Counted from the stretch's first letter, positions 40,479 through 52,008 are shown. The stretch: DNA of 64,000 nucleotides from Micavibrio sp. TMED2 (GCA_002168225.1 NHBH01000001.1:93955-157954); one strand, 5' to 3'. The notes: generated from the sequence alone by a model not told the origin. A program made the numbers and translations.

Positions 40479-42086
40479 TCACATCCTGAAGATGCCGAAT
40501 TTGGTCGGCTGTATCGGGGCGTTGAGGGCGGCCATCAGGCTGAGGCCGAGTACGCGGCGGCTGTCGGCGGGGTCGATGATGCCGTCATCCCAGAGCCGGG
40601 CGCTGGCGTAATAGGGGTGGCCCTGATGCTCATACTGATCGCGGATCGGTTGCTTGAATGCCGCTTCTTCCGCCTCGGACCAGTCACCGCCCTTGGCCTC
40701 GATCGCATCCCGGCGCACCTGCGCCAGCACGGTTGCCGCCTGTTCACCACCCATGACCGAAATCCGGGCATTGGGCCACATGAACATCAGGCGCGGCTGG
40801 TACGCCCGACCGCACATGCCGTAATTGCCCGCGCCAAAACTGCCACCGATCACCATGGTCAGCTTCGGCACATTGGCGCAGGAAACAGCGGTCACCATCT
40901 TGGCACCGTCCTTGGCGATACCGCCGGACTCGTACTTCTGGCCAACCATGAAACCGGTGATGTTCTGGAGGAACACGAGCGGTATCTGGCGCTGGGCGCA
41001 AAGCTCGATGAAATGCGCGCCCTTGACCGCGCTTTCGGAGAACAGGATGCCGTTATTGGCAACGATGCCGATCGGCTGGCCATAGAGTTTGGCAAAGCCG
41101 GTGACCAGCGTTGTGCCGTAGAGTTTCTTGAACTCGTCAAACTCGCTGCCATCGACGATGCGGGCAATCACCTCACGCACATCGAACGGCTTGCGGGCAT
41201 CGGCGGGTACCACACCGTACAGCTCGCTGGCATCGAACAGCGGAGCCTTGACCGCTGCGAACCGTCCCGGATCGACCGTGCGGCGGTTGAGATTGCCAAC
41301 GATGCGGCGGGCAATGCGCAGCGCATCGCCGTCATTCTCGGCATAGTGATCGGCCACGCCCGATACCTTGGCATGAACATCGGCACCGCCAAGATCCTCA
41401 GCCGAAACAACCTCACCGGTTGCGGCCTTCACCAGCGGCGGCCCACCGAGGAAGATCGTGCCCTGCTGTTTGACGATAATGCTCTCATCCGCCATCGCGG
41501 GCACATAGGCACCACCGGCGGTACACGAGCCCATGACCACCGCAATCTGCGGAATGCCCATGGCCGACATCTGAGCCTGATTGTAGAAGATGCGTCCGAA
41601 GTGATCGCGGTCCGGGAACACCTCATCCTGCATCGGCAGGAACGCACCGCCGCTATCGACGAGATAGATACAGGGCAGGTGATTTTCCCGCGCCACTTCC
41701 TGTGCCCGCAGGTGCTTTTTCACGGTCAGCGGATAATAGGTGCCGCCCTTGACCGTCGCGTCATTGGCAACGATCACGCAGGTAACGCCGCTGACCTGAC
41801 CGATGCCGGTGATGACACCCGCCGCCGGTACCCAGTCCTCATAAACCTCATGGGCGGCAAAGGCCGAGAGCTCCAGAAACGGTGTGCCGGGATCAATCAG
41901 CGCCTGTACCCGCTCACGCGGCAGCATCTTGCCCCGCGCCACATGCTTGGCCCGCGCCTTCTCACCACCCCCGGCGGCAATCGCTGCCGACTTCTCACGC
42001 AGATCGGCCACCAGATCGGCCATGGCCGCCGCATTGGCCTGAAACTCGGGATCGTTGGGATTGAGAGCGGAGCTTAGTGGTGACAT
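40479..42086 (-). CDS. liuB: 3-methylcrotonyl-CoA carboxylase beta subunit
   Basis: [43 protein letters not shown]. Confidence 0.96.
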   Translation of the reverse strand: MSPLSSALNPNDPEFQANAAAMADLVADLREKSAAIAAGGGEKARAKHVARGKMLPRERVQALIDPGTPFLELSAFAAHEVYEDWVPAAGVITGIGQVSGVTCVIVANDATVKGGTYYPLTVKKHLRAQEVARENHLPCIYLVDSGGAFLPMQDEVFPDRDHFGRIFYNQAQMSAMGIPQIAVVMGSCTAGGAYVPAMADESIIVKQQGTIFLGGPPLVKAATGEVVSAEDLGGADVHAKVSGVADHYAENDGDALRIARRIVGNLNRRTVDPGRFAAVKAPLFDASELYGVVPADARKPFDVREVIARIVDGSEFDEFKKLYGTTLVTGFAKLYGQPIGIVANNGILFSESAVKGAHFIELCAQRQIPLVFLQNITGFMVGQKYESGGIAKDGAKMVTAVSCANVPKLTMVIGGSFGAGNYGMCGRAYQPRLMFMWPNARISVMGGEQAATVLAQVRRDAIEAKGGDWSEAEEAAFKQPIRDQYEHQGHPYYASARLWDDGIIDPADSRRVLGLSLMAALNAPIQPTKFGIFRM

Positions 42087-42211
42087 CAGGCTGGCACGGA
42101 TCAGAGGTGGGACTATGACAATCGCCCCACTTTGCTACCCTTTATTCGGGCGCGCCACAAGCAAAGCCGGATGCCGGAAATCGGGGTTTTGGTTGTGCAC
42201 CTACAGTGCAG

Positions 42212-43075
42212 CTATTGTGCGGGGGCGGGTTCCGCTGCTGCCGGTTCGAGAATGGCAAAGTTCTCGTTGAACGCCTGTGCCTCAATGCCCAGCAGGCCAC
42301 TATCGTCATAGGCACGCAGAATCACGGCGATCATATCCGCCTCGCCTGGCATCAGCCAGACCACCGAGCGGTGAAACCCGCCCTCGCCATTGGGCACCAT
42401 ACCGGTTAGCTCAACCGAGCGCCGGTCAAAGGCATCAAACTCGCGCACCGCCTCAATCGCCGATCCCTCGCCGAGCAGCATGGTGGTCAGCTGCTTGCCG
42501 GTTTCCCCAAACACGGTATCGGCAGGGTCAACCGCAATATCCGCGGCAAAGCCCTTGGCAGCAGGCAGAAATTCCGGTGCCCAGCTCAGCACCGTCACCT
42601 GCGCCACAATCTCGCGACCACTGGCAGCAAAGGTGCGACTGTTGCCGATCTTGTCCGGCGCGGTATTGACCAGATAATTCTCGAAGGCACCGACCTTACC
42701 CGGAAACAGGGCGGAAAAGCGCCCCTGCGGATCACTGAAACGGACCGGCTCCGGGGCGAAGGCGGGACGTGGTTCCTCAGGGGCAGGCTGCGCCTGTTCC
42801 GTCACCTCAACCCGCGGTGCATTCTCAACCGTATCGATTGCCGTGTGGGGCGCATTATCGCCCGGCGCTTCGACCGGCAAATTATCGATGCCCTGATCCA
42901 CCGCATCGACGGCCTCGTTAGCGAGTTCACCGGCCTGCAGGGCAGCGGCCTTCACCCGCGCCTCGGCCACCGTCACCATATCGATGAACCTGTCACCATA
43001 GAGGTAGTAGCCGACACCGGCGATGGCAGCACCGATCACGGCAAGCATACCAATCAGGACCAGAAAACCTTTCAC
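42212..43075 (-). CDS. Membrane-anchored hypothetical protein, tandem paralog 1 of 3
   Basis: N-terminal TM, acidic linker, FSDPQGRFSALFPG domain start. Confidence 0.72.
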   Translation of the reverse strand: MKGFLVLIGMLAVIGAAIAGVGYYLYGDRFIDMVTVAEARVKAAALQAGELANEAVDAVDQGIDNLPVEAPGDNAPHTAIDTVENAPRVEVTEQAQPAPEEPRPAFAPEPVRFSDPQGRFSALFPGKVGAFENYLVNTAPDKIGNSRTFAASGREIVAQVTVLSWAPEFLPAAKGFAADIAVDPADTVFGETGKQLTTMLLGEGSAIEAVREFDAFDRRSVELTGMVPNGEGGFHRSVVWLMPGEADMIAVILRAYDDSGLLGIEAQAFNENFAILEPAAAEPAPAQ

Positions 43076-43158
43076 CGGGGAAACTCCAAACAGATTGCAG
43101 ATACGTCAGAAACAGGCGCGCACAGGGTTGCACGGATTTGGCGGCAATGCCTGAAAGA

Positions 43159-43773
43159 TCAATCCTCAAGCCTCAAAAACTGGAAGCTGGTGGCAAATTG
43201 GCTCACCACGGGGCCGAGCATGGTCTCGACCTCATCCGCCATGATGATGATCGCCATTACCCGCGTTGCCGAGGGGATGGAGTACATCACCAGGGCCCTG
43301 CCGCTGTCGTCCCTGGCAAAGGCCGTCAGTTCGAGGGCGTATTTACCGAAGGCCTCGACACTGCGCAGTTTGGTGATCTCGTAATCAAGACCCGCCTCGC
43401 CCAGCACCAGTTCGAGACCGTCCCGGCTGGCGACCCAGGCACCGACACCGCTGCTGCGAGTATTGGCAAACTCATCATCGAAATCGAGCACCACCACCCT
43501 CAGATGCAAGCCCTCGATATCGGATTTATAGACCCAGTCCTTGATTACCGTTTCCTCATGCTGGCGCCAGATACTGCCCTGAGAAAACACGACCGAATTG
43601 GGAAACAGCGCCCGGAACCGACGGAAAGGATCATTGTACAGATTTTGCCGGGATTGCTGCGCTGCTGCCTGTGACTGGAGGGCTGGCAGTGATGCGCTGG
43701 CAAGCACCATCAACATGGCGCAGGCAATCAGTGCCGGGATCGATTTCAAGGCCGCGGAACGAAACAAACGCAT
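43159..43773 (-). CDS. Exported hypothetical protein, tandem paralog 2 of 3
   Basis: Signal peptide; YNDPFRRFRALFPN. Confidence 0.72.
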   Translation of the reverse strand: MRLFRSAALKSIPALIACAMLMVLASASLPALQSQAAAQQSRQNLYNDPFRRFRALFPNSVVFSQGSIWRQHEETVIKDWVYKSDIEGLHLRVVVLDFDDEFANTRSSGVGAWVASRDGLELVLGEAGLDYEITKLRSVEAFGKYALELTAFARDDSGRALVMYSIPSATRVMAIIIMADEVETMLGPVVSQFATSFQFLRLED

Positions 43774-44409
43774 TTACCGCAACACATCGAATGTACTGTT
43801 GAACTCGAGCGCTTCCGGGCTGGTGAACTGGGCGGGATCGGCGGCACGCACATGCACCACAATCACGTGATCCGGGTATGGAATGACCCAGCTTACCGTA
43901 TGCGGTCGTGGATTGTTTTCATCCTTGTAGCGCCCGGTGATTTCAAGGCAGGTCGTGTTGAAGGCCGAGAAACCGCGCAGATTTTCAATCTCGCGCTTTT
44001 CACCCAGCGCCTGACGCAATATCTTGAGATCATCGGCCACCAGCACGCCATAGGCATCGGTGTCCATAACCCGCATGGCAATCCGATAACGCGGGGTCCA
44101 GTGGAATACACCCACCTGCACCGTCACATTGGGACCGGGCGCAACATATACCGCGCTTCTGGCAACCCATTGCAACCTGTCTGGCCCAAGCTCGGGCGCA
44201 ACAGGCACCGGATTGACCGGCATGACCGCGCTGTAAAACCGCTCTGGATCGGTAAACGCCACAGGCCCACCCGCCGGTGAACCGGACTTTTGCTGTTTCT
44301 GATTCTGGGCATGGGCGGGGCCGACCAGCATTGTGACAAACAGCATGATCAGCAGGGCCGACCGTATCATCCGATTAGGTACCATCAATATCTTCCATAT
44401 GCCCGACAT
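43774..44409 (-). CDS. Exported hypothetical protein, tandem paralog 3 of 3
   Basis: Signal peptide ending AHA; FTDPERFYSAVMP; stop abuts the next start. Confidence 0.72.
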   Translation of the reverse strand: MSGIWKILMVPNRMIRSALLIMLFVTMLVGPAHAQNQKQQKSGSPAGGPVAFTDPERFYSAVMPVNPVPVAPELGPDRLQWVARSAVYVAPGPNVTVQVGVFHWTPRYRIAMRVMDTDAYGVLVADDLKILRQALGEKREIENLRGFSAFNTTCLEITGRYKDENNPRPHTVSWVIPYPDHVIVVHVRAADPAQFTSPEALEFNSTFDVLR

Positions 44410-44536
44410 GTTCCGTCAGTGTCGCCGGGGAGAATGATGGATTGTCGACAGTACTGCAAGTGCCTGATCCGCTGCGTCCTTTCGTTGATCAAAGGTATAA
44501 AATACCCATGACACAGAAACGAAAAGCATTGAAAAC

Positions 44537-46423
44537 ATGGGCCGGAAGCCGCTTCCGGAAAATCGTATGACCAATCAGAAACCGGACAAGGGTCCGGCCT
44601 CTCCCCCGCCCGAAGACCAGACGGCAAAACAGGGCGATGATGTTATCGACGACATCGAACAGGAAGCCGCCGACAAGAACCCCACCCCGCCACCCGCCAA
44701 TGATGACGGCGTATACCGTAAGGCACTGGATGGCTTTGATCCCCATCTGCGTGATGCCCGCGCCCTGACCCTTGAGGGCGGTGTGCGGATCATGCGCGAC
44801 CTGTTCCCGTTCCAGAAGCCGCTGTTCCGGGCCGATGGCAATATCCCGGCGAATATCGGTCGCTACCGGATTGCCAAGGATGACAACGGCCATTCGGCCC
44901 TGCTCTTCGCCTTTGACCCTGACGATCTGAAGGAAGATGACCTCTCGGTCGATCACCCGGCTGGCCGCCTCGGTCGCATCCATGTGGTGCAGGCCCGCAA
45001 GGATGAGAGCCCGGCCCATTGGGCCTATCCCGAGATCATCCGTCACCAGCATCTGCTGCAGGAACGCGCCCTGACCAACTACACGCTCTATCAGACTAGC
45101 GCCGATGTCTGGCGCTCGGATCAGGTGGGCTATGTGCTCTATCCGGTCGAAGAGCAGACCGTCGGGGACGAGGCGGGCAAGGGCGATAAGAGCAAAGACA
45201 AAAAGGCCGAGCAGCAATTCACCCTCTGGATGTTCTCCAACACCCATAACAGCGGTGAGTTCACCGAGATCAGCACCAAGCCTCCGAAAAACCTGCTGGA
45301 AGCGGGCATGACCCTCGGATCAAAGATCGGCACCTTCAACCGACAGGATGCCGTGCGCAAGATTCAGGAGGATTTCGCCACCCGCCTGCGCCGGGAAGCG
45401 ACCGGCGATGATCCGGTCAGCCTGATCGAGAAGGGCAAGAACCCGATCTGGCTGCCAACCCGGTTGCTGCAGAAGGCGCGCAAGTATTTCAAGGAAAACA
45501 AACCGGCAGCCATCGCCCTCGATGCCCTGATCGCCACGGTCAATGTGATCGACGGCCCGGTCGGCCTGATCAAGGGCCAGTTGCTGAGCGCTGTCGGCAG
45601 TATCCGCAACAGCTATTCCGAAAACACCAAGCCGCTCGACGTCACCGACCAGCTGGCCAAAAACAAACGCACTGCGCCCGGCTTCGATGCCCTGCTGCGC
45701 GATGTCGACCCGGAAGCACTCAAAAACTATCATCTGACCAATGCCCATGAGTCAGAGGCGGTGCCAATCGGCGAGGAAGTGATCGAGGAAATCCATGAAC
45801 GGTTTTCCCAGCGCCGCCTGCTCGGTGCCATGGTCGGATCGGATGGTGCTATCGCCCGTATCCGCCAGAACGGCATTGTCAGCCTGCGCCATGCCAATGG
45901 GGTCAAGGTCGACCACGCCCCGGATGGCGAGACCACCTATGTCCGCTATGACCCGTCAGCCGCCGTGCCGGAAGCCCGGATGCTGCGTTCACGCGAGGCA
46001 GCGCTGTTCAAGGGCGACCGGGTTTTAAAGATGACCGGCATCGGCAACAAGGCTGCGGTTGAGCCGATCTCGGGCGAACAATTCCTCTCCGAAATCAAAG
46101 TCATTCAGACCATCCATGATGAGAAAATGGCCGAGGAAGCCGCCGAGCAGGACCGGAAAATGCTCGGTCGCGACAGCGGTATCCGCGCCGAATGGCATGT
46201 CTCGGGCGGCAAGCCGAACCTGCGCTGGCGCAACCGCCTCAAGGCCGCAGCCGACAAGGCGATTACCGAGGGTGAGGCAGCCACTGCCGCAGCGGAGGAA
46301 GCACAAACACCGCATCCGTCCTCAAAAACCCCAACTGCCGATGCTGCCAATGACGGCAGCGACAAGAGTGTAGAGAAGCGCAAGGACGAGCCGCCCGTAA
46401 ACAGGGCACGTAAGCCTCGATAA
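44537..46423 (+). CDS. Large orphan hypothetical protein (628 aa)
   Basis: Long ORF with host-like codon bias, disordered termini and no recognised domain. Start may be 44567. Confidence 0.8.
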   Translation: MGRKPLPENRMTNQKPDKGPASPPPEDQTAKQGDDVIDDIEQEAADKNPTPPPANDDGVYRKALDGFDPHLRDARALTLEGGVRIMRDLFPFQKPLFRADGNIPANIGRYRIAKDDNGHSALLFAFDPDDLKEDDLSVDHPAGRLGRIHVVQARKDESPAHWAYPEIIRHQHLLQERALTNYTLYQTSADVWRSDQVGYVLYPVEEQTVGDEAGKGDKSKDKKAEQQFTLWMFSNTHNSGEFTEISTKPPKNLLEAGMTLGSKIGTFNRQDAVRKIQEDFATRLRREATGDDPVSLIEKGKNPIWLPTRLLQKARKYFKENKPAAIALDALIATVNVIDGPVGLIKGQLLSAVGSIRNSYSENTKPLDVTDQLAKNKRTAPGFDALLRDVDPEALKNYHLTNAHESEAVPIGEEVIEEIHERFSQRRLLGAMVGSDGAIARIRQNGIVSLRHANGVKVDHAPDGETTYVRYDPSAAVPEARMLRSREAALFKGDRVLKMTGIGNKAAVEPISGEQFLSEIKVIQTIHDEKMAEEAAEQDRKMLGRDSGIRAEWHVSGGKPNLRWRNRLKAAADKAITEGEAATAAAEEAQTPHPSSKTPTADAANDGSDKSVEKRKDEPPVNRARKPR

Positions 46424-46501
46424 CGCCTCGCCTTTGCCAAAGTAATCGGCTAAATGCTGTAGCCGGAATCCCCCACGTCTCCATTCGAGTGCATCACCCC
46501 C

Positions 46502-48076
46502 ATGTCACTGTCGCGTGCCATTGCCACTGTTGGCGGCCTGACCATGCTCAGCCGGGTTTTCGGCTTTGCCCGTGACCTGCTGACGGCAATGATCCTCGGG
46601 GCTGGACCCATGGCCGATGCCTTTTTCGTCGCGCTGAAACTGCCCAATTTCTTCCGCCGCCTGTTTGCCGAGGGTGCGTTCAGCGCCGCCTTCGTGCCCA
46701 TGGTCTCGGAAAAGATCGAGATCGAGGGCAAGCAAGCCGGGAAAGCCATGGCAGAACGCGCCATGGCAATCATGATTGCCTTCCTGATCCCCTTTGTCCT
46801 CCTCGGCCTGTTGTTCATGCCGGCACTGGTAACGGTATTGGCCCCCGGTTTTATCGACGAGCCGCAGAAGTTTCAGGCAGCCATTGATCTGGCCCGTATC
46901 ACCTTCCCCTACCTGCTGCTGATTTCGGTCACCGCACTGCTCGGCGGCCTGCTCAACAGCATGGGGCGGTTCGCGCCCTTTGCTGCGGCCCCGATCATCT
47001 TCAACCTGACCCTGATCGGCGGCCTCGGCTATGCGCAATATGCCGGCACCTCACCGGCGGATGCCATGGCCTGGGCGGTCAGCGTCGCCGGGATACTGCA
47101 ACTTGCCTTTCTGCTCTGGTTTACGCATCGGCTTGGTATTCTGCCGCATCTGATCCGCCCGAGCCTCAGCCCGGATATGAAAAAGCTGCTGCGCCTGATG
47201 GTGCCCGGCATCATTGGCGGCGGGGTCATGCAGATCAACCTGATGATCGACACCATTCTGGCCTCGCTGCTGGCCTCAGGCGCGATCAGCTGGCTGTTCT
47301 ATGCCGACCGGATGTATCAACTACCCCTCGGGGTGATCGGCATCGCCATTGGCACCGCCCTGCTGCCGGGCCTGTCGCGGGCGATGAGCGCAGGCCGCGA
47401 GAAAGAGGCCATGCACCTGCTCTCGCGCGCACTCGAATACGGCTTGCTGCTGGCACTGCCATCGGCACTCGGCCTCGGTATCATCGCCGAACAGATCATC
47501 GGCGGGCTGTTCCAGTATGGCCGTTTCGATGATTTCGATACCGCACAGACCGCCATGGCGCTCAGCGCCTATGCCCTCGGCATCCCGGCCTATGTCGGGG
47601 TCAAGGTGCTGAACGCCGCCTATTTCGCCCGGCAGGATACCGCCAGCCCGGTGCGGATCGCCATTCTCTGCACGGCCATCAACACCTGCGGCAGCCTGCT
47701 GTTGATCCAGCCACTCGGCCATGCCGGGATCGCACTGGCAACCGGCATTACCGCCTGGCTCAATCTGGCTCTGCTGGTCCGGGGTCTGCGCAAACGCGGC
47801 CAGTTCAACCTAGACCAGCGCTTTATCATCCGGTTGCCACGGATCATTGGCGCCGGTGCCGTCATGGCGCTGCTGCTCGCCGCCATCCTGCTGGTCACCG
47901 GCCCGATGGTTCTGGACCTGAATTTCGGTGCCGATCCGGTGATGCGGGTTATCTGGATGCTGGCCCTGATCGGGCTTGGCGCCATCGGCTTCACCATTGC
48001 CGCAATCCTGTTCGGTGCCGGAAAAATTCGCGAGATTACTGCCGGATTGGGCACACCGAAACCACCAGCCGCTTGA
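46502..48076 (+). CDS. murJ: Lipid II flippase MurJ (MviN)
   Basis: [38 protein letters not shown]. Confidence 0.97.
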   Translation: MSLSRAIATVGGLTMLSRVFGFARDLLTAMILGAGPMADAFFVALKLPNFFRRLFAEGAFSAAFVPMVSEKIEIEGKQAGKAMAERAMAIMIAFLIPFVLLGLLFMPALVTVLAPGFIDEPQKFQAAIDLARITFPYLLLISVTALLGGLLNSMGRFAPFAAAPIIFNLTLIGGLGYAQYAGTSPADAMAWAVSVAGILQLAFLLWFTHRLGILPHLIRPSLSPDMKKLLRLMVPGIIGGGVMQINLMIDTILASLLASGAISWLFYADRMYQLPLGVIGIAIGTALLPGLSRAMSAGREKEAMHLLSRALEYGLLLALPSALGLGIIAEQIIGGLFQYGRFDDFDTAQTAMALSAYALGIPAYVGVKVLNAAYFARQDTASPVRIAILCTAINTCGSLLLIQPLGHAGIALATGITAWLNLALLVRGLRKRGQFNLDQRFIIRLPRIIGAGAVMALLLAAILLVTGPMVLDLNFGADPVMRVIWMLALIGLGAIGFTIAAILFGAGKIREITAGLGTPKPPAA

Positions 48077-48146
48077 CCCGTCGCCGGTGCTTGTCGATAA
48101 CACCGGTTCAGTTCTCTACCCTCTCTGTTTGAAAAGACCCCAGATC

Positions 48147-49151
48147 ATGACCAGCGCATCCCGTCGCATCTTCTCAGGCATGCAGCCGACCAACCGCTTG
48201 CACCTTGGCAATTACCTTGGCGCGCTGCGGAACTGGGTCGCCCTGCAACGGGACTATGACAGCATCTTCTGTATCGTCGATCTGCACGCCATCACTGTAC
48301 CGCAGGACCCGGCAGAGCTGCGCCGCAATGTCCGCGAACTGACCGCTGCCTATATCGCAGCCGGGATCGACCCCGCCCATTGCACGATCTTCCAGCAGAG
48401 CCGGGTTTCCGGTCATTCCGAACTTGCCTGGCTGTTCTCCACCCTGACCCCGATGGGCTGGCTCAACCGTATGACCCAGTTCAAGGAAAAAGCCGGCAAG
48501 AAGAAGGAAGTGGCCCCGCTCGGCCTCTATGCCTATCCGGTCCTGATGGCCGCCGACATTCTGCTGTACAAGGCAACCCATGTGCCGGTCGGCGAGGATC
48601 AGAAACAGCACCTTGAACTGGCGCGCGAGATTGCCACCAGCTTCAACCACCGCTATGGCGTTGAACAGTTCCCGCTGCCGGAGCCGCAGATTCTGGGCGA
48701 GGCCACCCGCGTCATGTCCTTACGTGATGGCACCTCGAAGATGAGCAAATCCGACCAGTCGGATTACAGCCGGATCAACCTGACTGACACCGCCGACGAC
48801 ATCGCGCTCAAGTTCCGCAAGGCCAAGACCGATCCCGACGCCCTGCCGAGCGAGGCCGAGGGACTGGAAGGTCGCCCGGAAGCTGCCAACCTTATCACCA
48901 TTTATGCAGCACTGGCCGATACCAGCCGGGAAGCCGTGCTGAAACAATATGGCGGCGGCCAGTTCTCGGCCCTCAAGCAGGGTCTTGCCGATCTGGCGGT
49001 GGACAAGCTGGCACCGATCACCACCCGGATGAATGAGCTGCTCGCCGATATGAGCGAGATCGACCGGATTCTTGATCTGGGGGCTGAGAAGGCGAATGAT
49101 ATTGCCGCACCTGTCCTCGCCGAAACCCAGAAGATCATGGGCATCCGATAA
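48147..49151 (+). CDS. trpS: Tryptophan--tRNA ligase
   Basis: [27 protein letters not shown]. Confidence 0.98.
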   Translation: MTSASRRIFSGMQPTNRLHLGNYLGALRNWVALQRDYDSIFCIVDLHAITVPQDPAELRRNVRELTAAYIAAGIDPAHCTIFQQSRVSGHSELAWLFSTLTPMGWLNRMTQFKEKAGKKKEVAPLGLYAYPVLMAADILLYKATHVPVGEDQKQHLELAREIATSFNHRYGVEQFPLPEPQILGEATRVMSLRDGTSKMSKSDQSDYSRINLTDTADDIALKFRKAKTDPDALPSEAEGLEGRPEAANLITIYAALADTSREAVLKQYGGGQFSALKQGLADLAVDKLAPITTRMNELLADMSEIDRILDLGAEKANDIAAPVLAETQKIMGIR

Positions 49152-49744
49152 TGCGGTATCTGCCAGCTCTCACCACCGCCCTACCCGTTGCGGCACTGTT
49201 TCTGCTGACGGCCTGTGGCAACACCATCCATGATGTTGGTGCCGCGAAGCTGGTGCCGGCAATCCCGCAGACCGGCTCGGCGCTGATCGGCTTTGCCGAG
49301 GATCGACGGTTCACGGTTGAGATGCCCAATGATAGTAAGATCATGCCGGTGCCGATGATCGAACCGGGGGCCGCACCGGTTCGCCGAGCACCCGGCAGCC
49401 GGGTCTATCTCGCTGGTTCAGCGGATGGCACCGCCCCGATCGAGGTTGATGACTTCCTGCTGATCGAGGTTCAGGACCCGTCCAGACCATCCGGCATCCG
49501 CCAGCTGGTTGCCGGTGAGATCGGTCTGGTACGTCGTCAGGGCATTCCCATCGATAGCATCTATGACCACATGCCGATCCCGGCGGGTGCGCTCGACCTC
49601 ACCGACTTCATTCCGGCCTGCACCGTCACCATGGTCGGGGCCGTGCCGATGGATCTCGGCACCATCGCACAGTCGACGCCGATCTATCTGATCGTTGATT
49701 ACCCGGACAGCGACTGGGCCAAGGAAAGCTGCGCCGCGCCATGA
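49151..49744 (+). CDS. Uncharacterised lipoprotein, paralog 1
   Basis: Lipobox LTAC; ATG overlaps the trpS stop (TAATG). Confidence 0.78.
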   Translation: MRYLPALTTALPVAALFLLTACGNTIHDVGAAKLVPAIPQTGSALIGFAEDRRFTVEMPNDSKIMPVPMIEPGAAPVRRAPGSRVYLAGSADGTAPIEVDDFLLIEVQDPSRPSGIRQLVAGEIGLVRRQGIPIDSIYDHMPIPAGALDLTDFIPACTVTMVGAVPMDLGTIAQSTPIYLIVDYPDSDWAKESCAAP

Positions 49745-50424
49745 TCAAGAAGCTGTCAATCTGGCTGGCCTCTACCCTGACCGGCGTTGCCCTGCTGAGC
49801 GGCTGTGCCGAATTGCAGGAAATGGGGCTGGATGTCGATGCACCGGAGATACCGAGCTTCGCCGGGGCGTTTGACGTTATCAACCCGCCATCCTCTGACG
49901 ACATCAAACTGCTCGATGCGGTGCCGCGTCAGCCGGTGCTGAATTTCCGGTCGCATCCGCATCTGGGGGTTGAGGTCCAGACCGCCGGTTACAGCCGCCG
50001 CCCGTATTTCCTCAGCTCACCGGCACAGGTGCAGTTCAGCCTCGGCCAGTGTCAGGCCGCCTTCCTCGCCGGGGATGATGATGGCGTCCTGCCGATTGAG
50101 GTGGAGAACTTCCTGCTGATTGAGGTAACCCAGCCGGAACGTGATCAGGTGATCGCGGTCGGCAATGTCGAGCCTATGCTCTATCGCGGCAAGCCGGTGC
50201 CGTTGCTCGGCGGCAAACGCAGCACGATCCCGGCGCGGGAAGTACGCCTCGAACGCCTGATCCGGACCGGGGAACCAGCCACCCTGACCGTCACACCACT
50301 GACCAACGGCGACAATGGCGCGGTCAGCGATGTTTATCTGGTGATTGAGGATACCGGTCGCCTGGTGACCGATGAGGCAACCGGCGCAACCCGCTGCCGT
50401 CCCTACGGCCAGCGCCAGAACTAG
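49741..50424 (+). CDS. Uncharacterised lipoprotein, paralog 2
   Basis: Lipobox LSGC; ATGA overlap with paralog 1; shared LAG..DG..PIEV..FLLIEV motif. Confidence 0.78.
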   Translation: MIKKLSIWLASTLTGVALLSGCAELQEMGLDVDAPEIPSFAGAFDVINPPSSDDIKLLDAVPRQPVLNFRSHPHLGVEVQTAGYSRRPYFLSSPAQVQFSLGQCQAAFLAGDDDGVLPIEVENFLLIEVTQPERDQVIAVGNVEPMLYRGKPVPLLGGKRSTIPAREVRLERLIRTGEPATLTVTPLTNGDNGAVSDVYLVIEDTGRLVTDEATGATRCRPYGQRQN

Positions 50425-50441
50425 AGCCGATCAACACCGCT

Positions 50442-51719
50442 TCAGAGCGCCTCGCCCCGGACGATGCGCGGCAGGCTGCCGACACTACCCATGGCATGGC
50501 GCATGAAGAACCGCTTGGCCGGTGGCATCCGCTCGACCAGCGCGAGGCCAACCTGCCGCAGCCGCTTGATCGGGCGGACATCATTGGAGAACAGGCGGTT
50601 CAGCCCATCGGTCACGACCAGCAGGGTGACATTGTCCTGCCGCCGCCAGCGCTGATAGCGGGTCAGCAATGAGGCCGCACCAATATCGAGCCCCAACCGC
50701 TTGGCATCCACGATCAGCTCGGTCAGCGCTGCAATATCCCGCATGCCGAGATTGAGACCCTGCCCGGCAATCGGGTGAATGGCATGGGCTGCCTCGGCCA
50801 CCAGCGCCAGCCGCGGTGCGACATAGGCACGGGCATGAAGCACGCTGAGCGGATAGGTAAAGCGACCGCCATCGACCGCAACCGCACCGAGATAGTCACC
50901 GAACTGCGCCTGCAGCTCGGCATTGAACCCGTCCTCATCGAGGGCAACGATGCTGCTCGCCTCATGGGGCCGCTTGGTCCAGACCACGGAGGAACGCGGC
51001 TTGCCTGCCTCGGTATCCGGCAGGGGCAGCACGGCAAACGGGCCGGATGGCATGAAGTGCTCGAGCGCCAGATTGTCATGGGGCACCGTATGGGTGACGT
51101 TGCAGACAATCGCGGTCTGGTTGTACTGCCAGCGATCAGTGCCGATCCCGGCCCATTCGCGGGTCGGTGAGCCACGACCATCAGCGCCAACCAGCAGGGG
51201 CGCGGTAATCTGCTGACCGTTATCGAGGGTCACGGTCATGGTATTGTCATCGCGCTGATAATCGGTGACGCCACAGCCATTGATCAGCGTGACACCGGCC
51301 AGCTGCTCGATCCGCTGCATCATGCGGTAGCGCAGATCGAGATTGTCGACGATATGGCCGAACGGCTCGTCACCCACATCGCTGCTGTCGAAATTGAGGA
51401 ATATCGGCGCGAAATCATCAGTGATGCGAATGTCTTTGATCGGTTCCGCCTGCCCGGCTTCCATGACCAGTGACCAGATACCCGCCGCTTCCAGCACCCG
51501 GCGGCTGGCCAGCGAAATCGCCGTGGTCCGCCCGTCATAGCGACGATGGGTCATGGTCGGCGTATCCTGCTTGTCGATACAAACACAACCGACACCGGCA
51601 GTACCGAGCAGCGCGGCAAAGGTCATACCCGCAAGCCCGCCACCAACGATGATGACCTCGGTTTGCAGGACAGCAGGGCTGTCGGATGCTTTCTGGTTCG
51701 TGGATTTTCTTGTTGTCAT
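50442..51719 (-). CDS. UbiH/UbiL family FAD-dependent hydroxylase
   Basis: GGGLAG, DGRTTAIS, GADGRGS, AHAIHPIAGQGLNLG. Confidence 0.93.
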   Translation of the reverse strand: MTTRKSTNQKASDSPAVLQTEVIIVGGGLAGMTFAALLGTAGVGCVCIDKQDTPTMTHRRYDGRTTAISLASRRVLEAAGIWSLVMEAGQAEPIKDIRITDDFAPIFLNFDSSDVGDEPFGHIVDNLDLRYRMMQRIEQLAGVTLINGCGVTDYQRDDNTMTVTLDNGQQITAPLLVGADGRGSPTREWAGIGTDRWQYNQTAIVCNVTHTVPHDNLALEHFMPSGPFAVLPLPDTEAGKPRSSVVWTKRPHEASSIVALDEDGFNAELQAQFGDYLGAVAVDGGRFTYPLSVLHARAYVAPRLALVAEAAHAIHPIAGQGLNLGMRDIAALTELIVDAKRLGLDIGAASLLTRYQRWRRQDNVTLLVVTDGLNRLFSNDVRPIKRLRQVGLALVERMPPAKRFFMRHAMGSVGSLPRIVRGEAL

Positions 51720-51907
51720 GGCCGTCTTATCCAATCGGCTGGTGCTCCCCGGAACGACAGGAGTCATAGCGTGAATATGGGCATTTGGCACCAGAAACCG
51801 GGGTGAGGAAGTGTCGCAGACCCCTGAACCTCTTGGCCGCACCAATTGGCGTCAGAACAATCAACTGCACAAATTTTCATCATTTCAGCAGGTCCTAATG
51901 GCAATTT

Positions 51908-51924
51908 TGCACTTATTATGGGCA
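51908..51924. promoter_or_regulatory. Candidate NtrC site (TGCAC-N7-GGGCA)
   Basis: One mismatch to TGCAC-N7-GTGCA, about 85 bp upstream of the candidate sigma54 promoter of glnK. Confidence 0.5.
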
Positions 51925-52008
51925 GCAAGATTGTGACATCAAAATTTGCAACGCCAATTTATCCCGCAAAAACAATATACTAAAGCAAAGTTGCTGCTGT
52001 GCACAATT

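Noticed and set aside
40473-42077. 534-aa antisense ORF within liuB, plus many similar shadow ORFs across the window
   Set aside because: Fully overlaps a well-supported gene; a stop-poor antisense frame is expected at this GC content.
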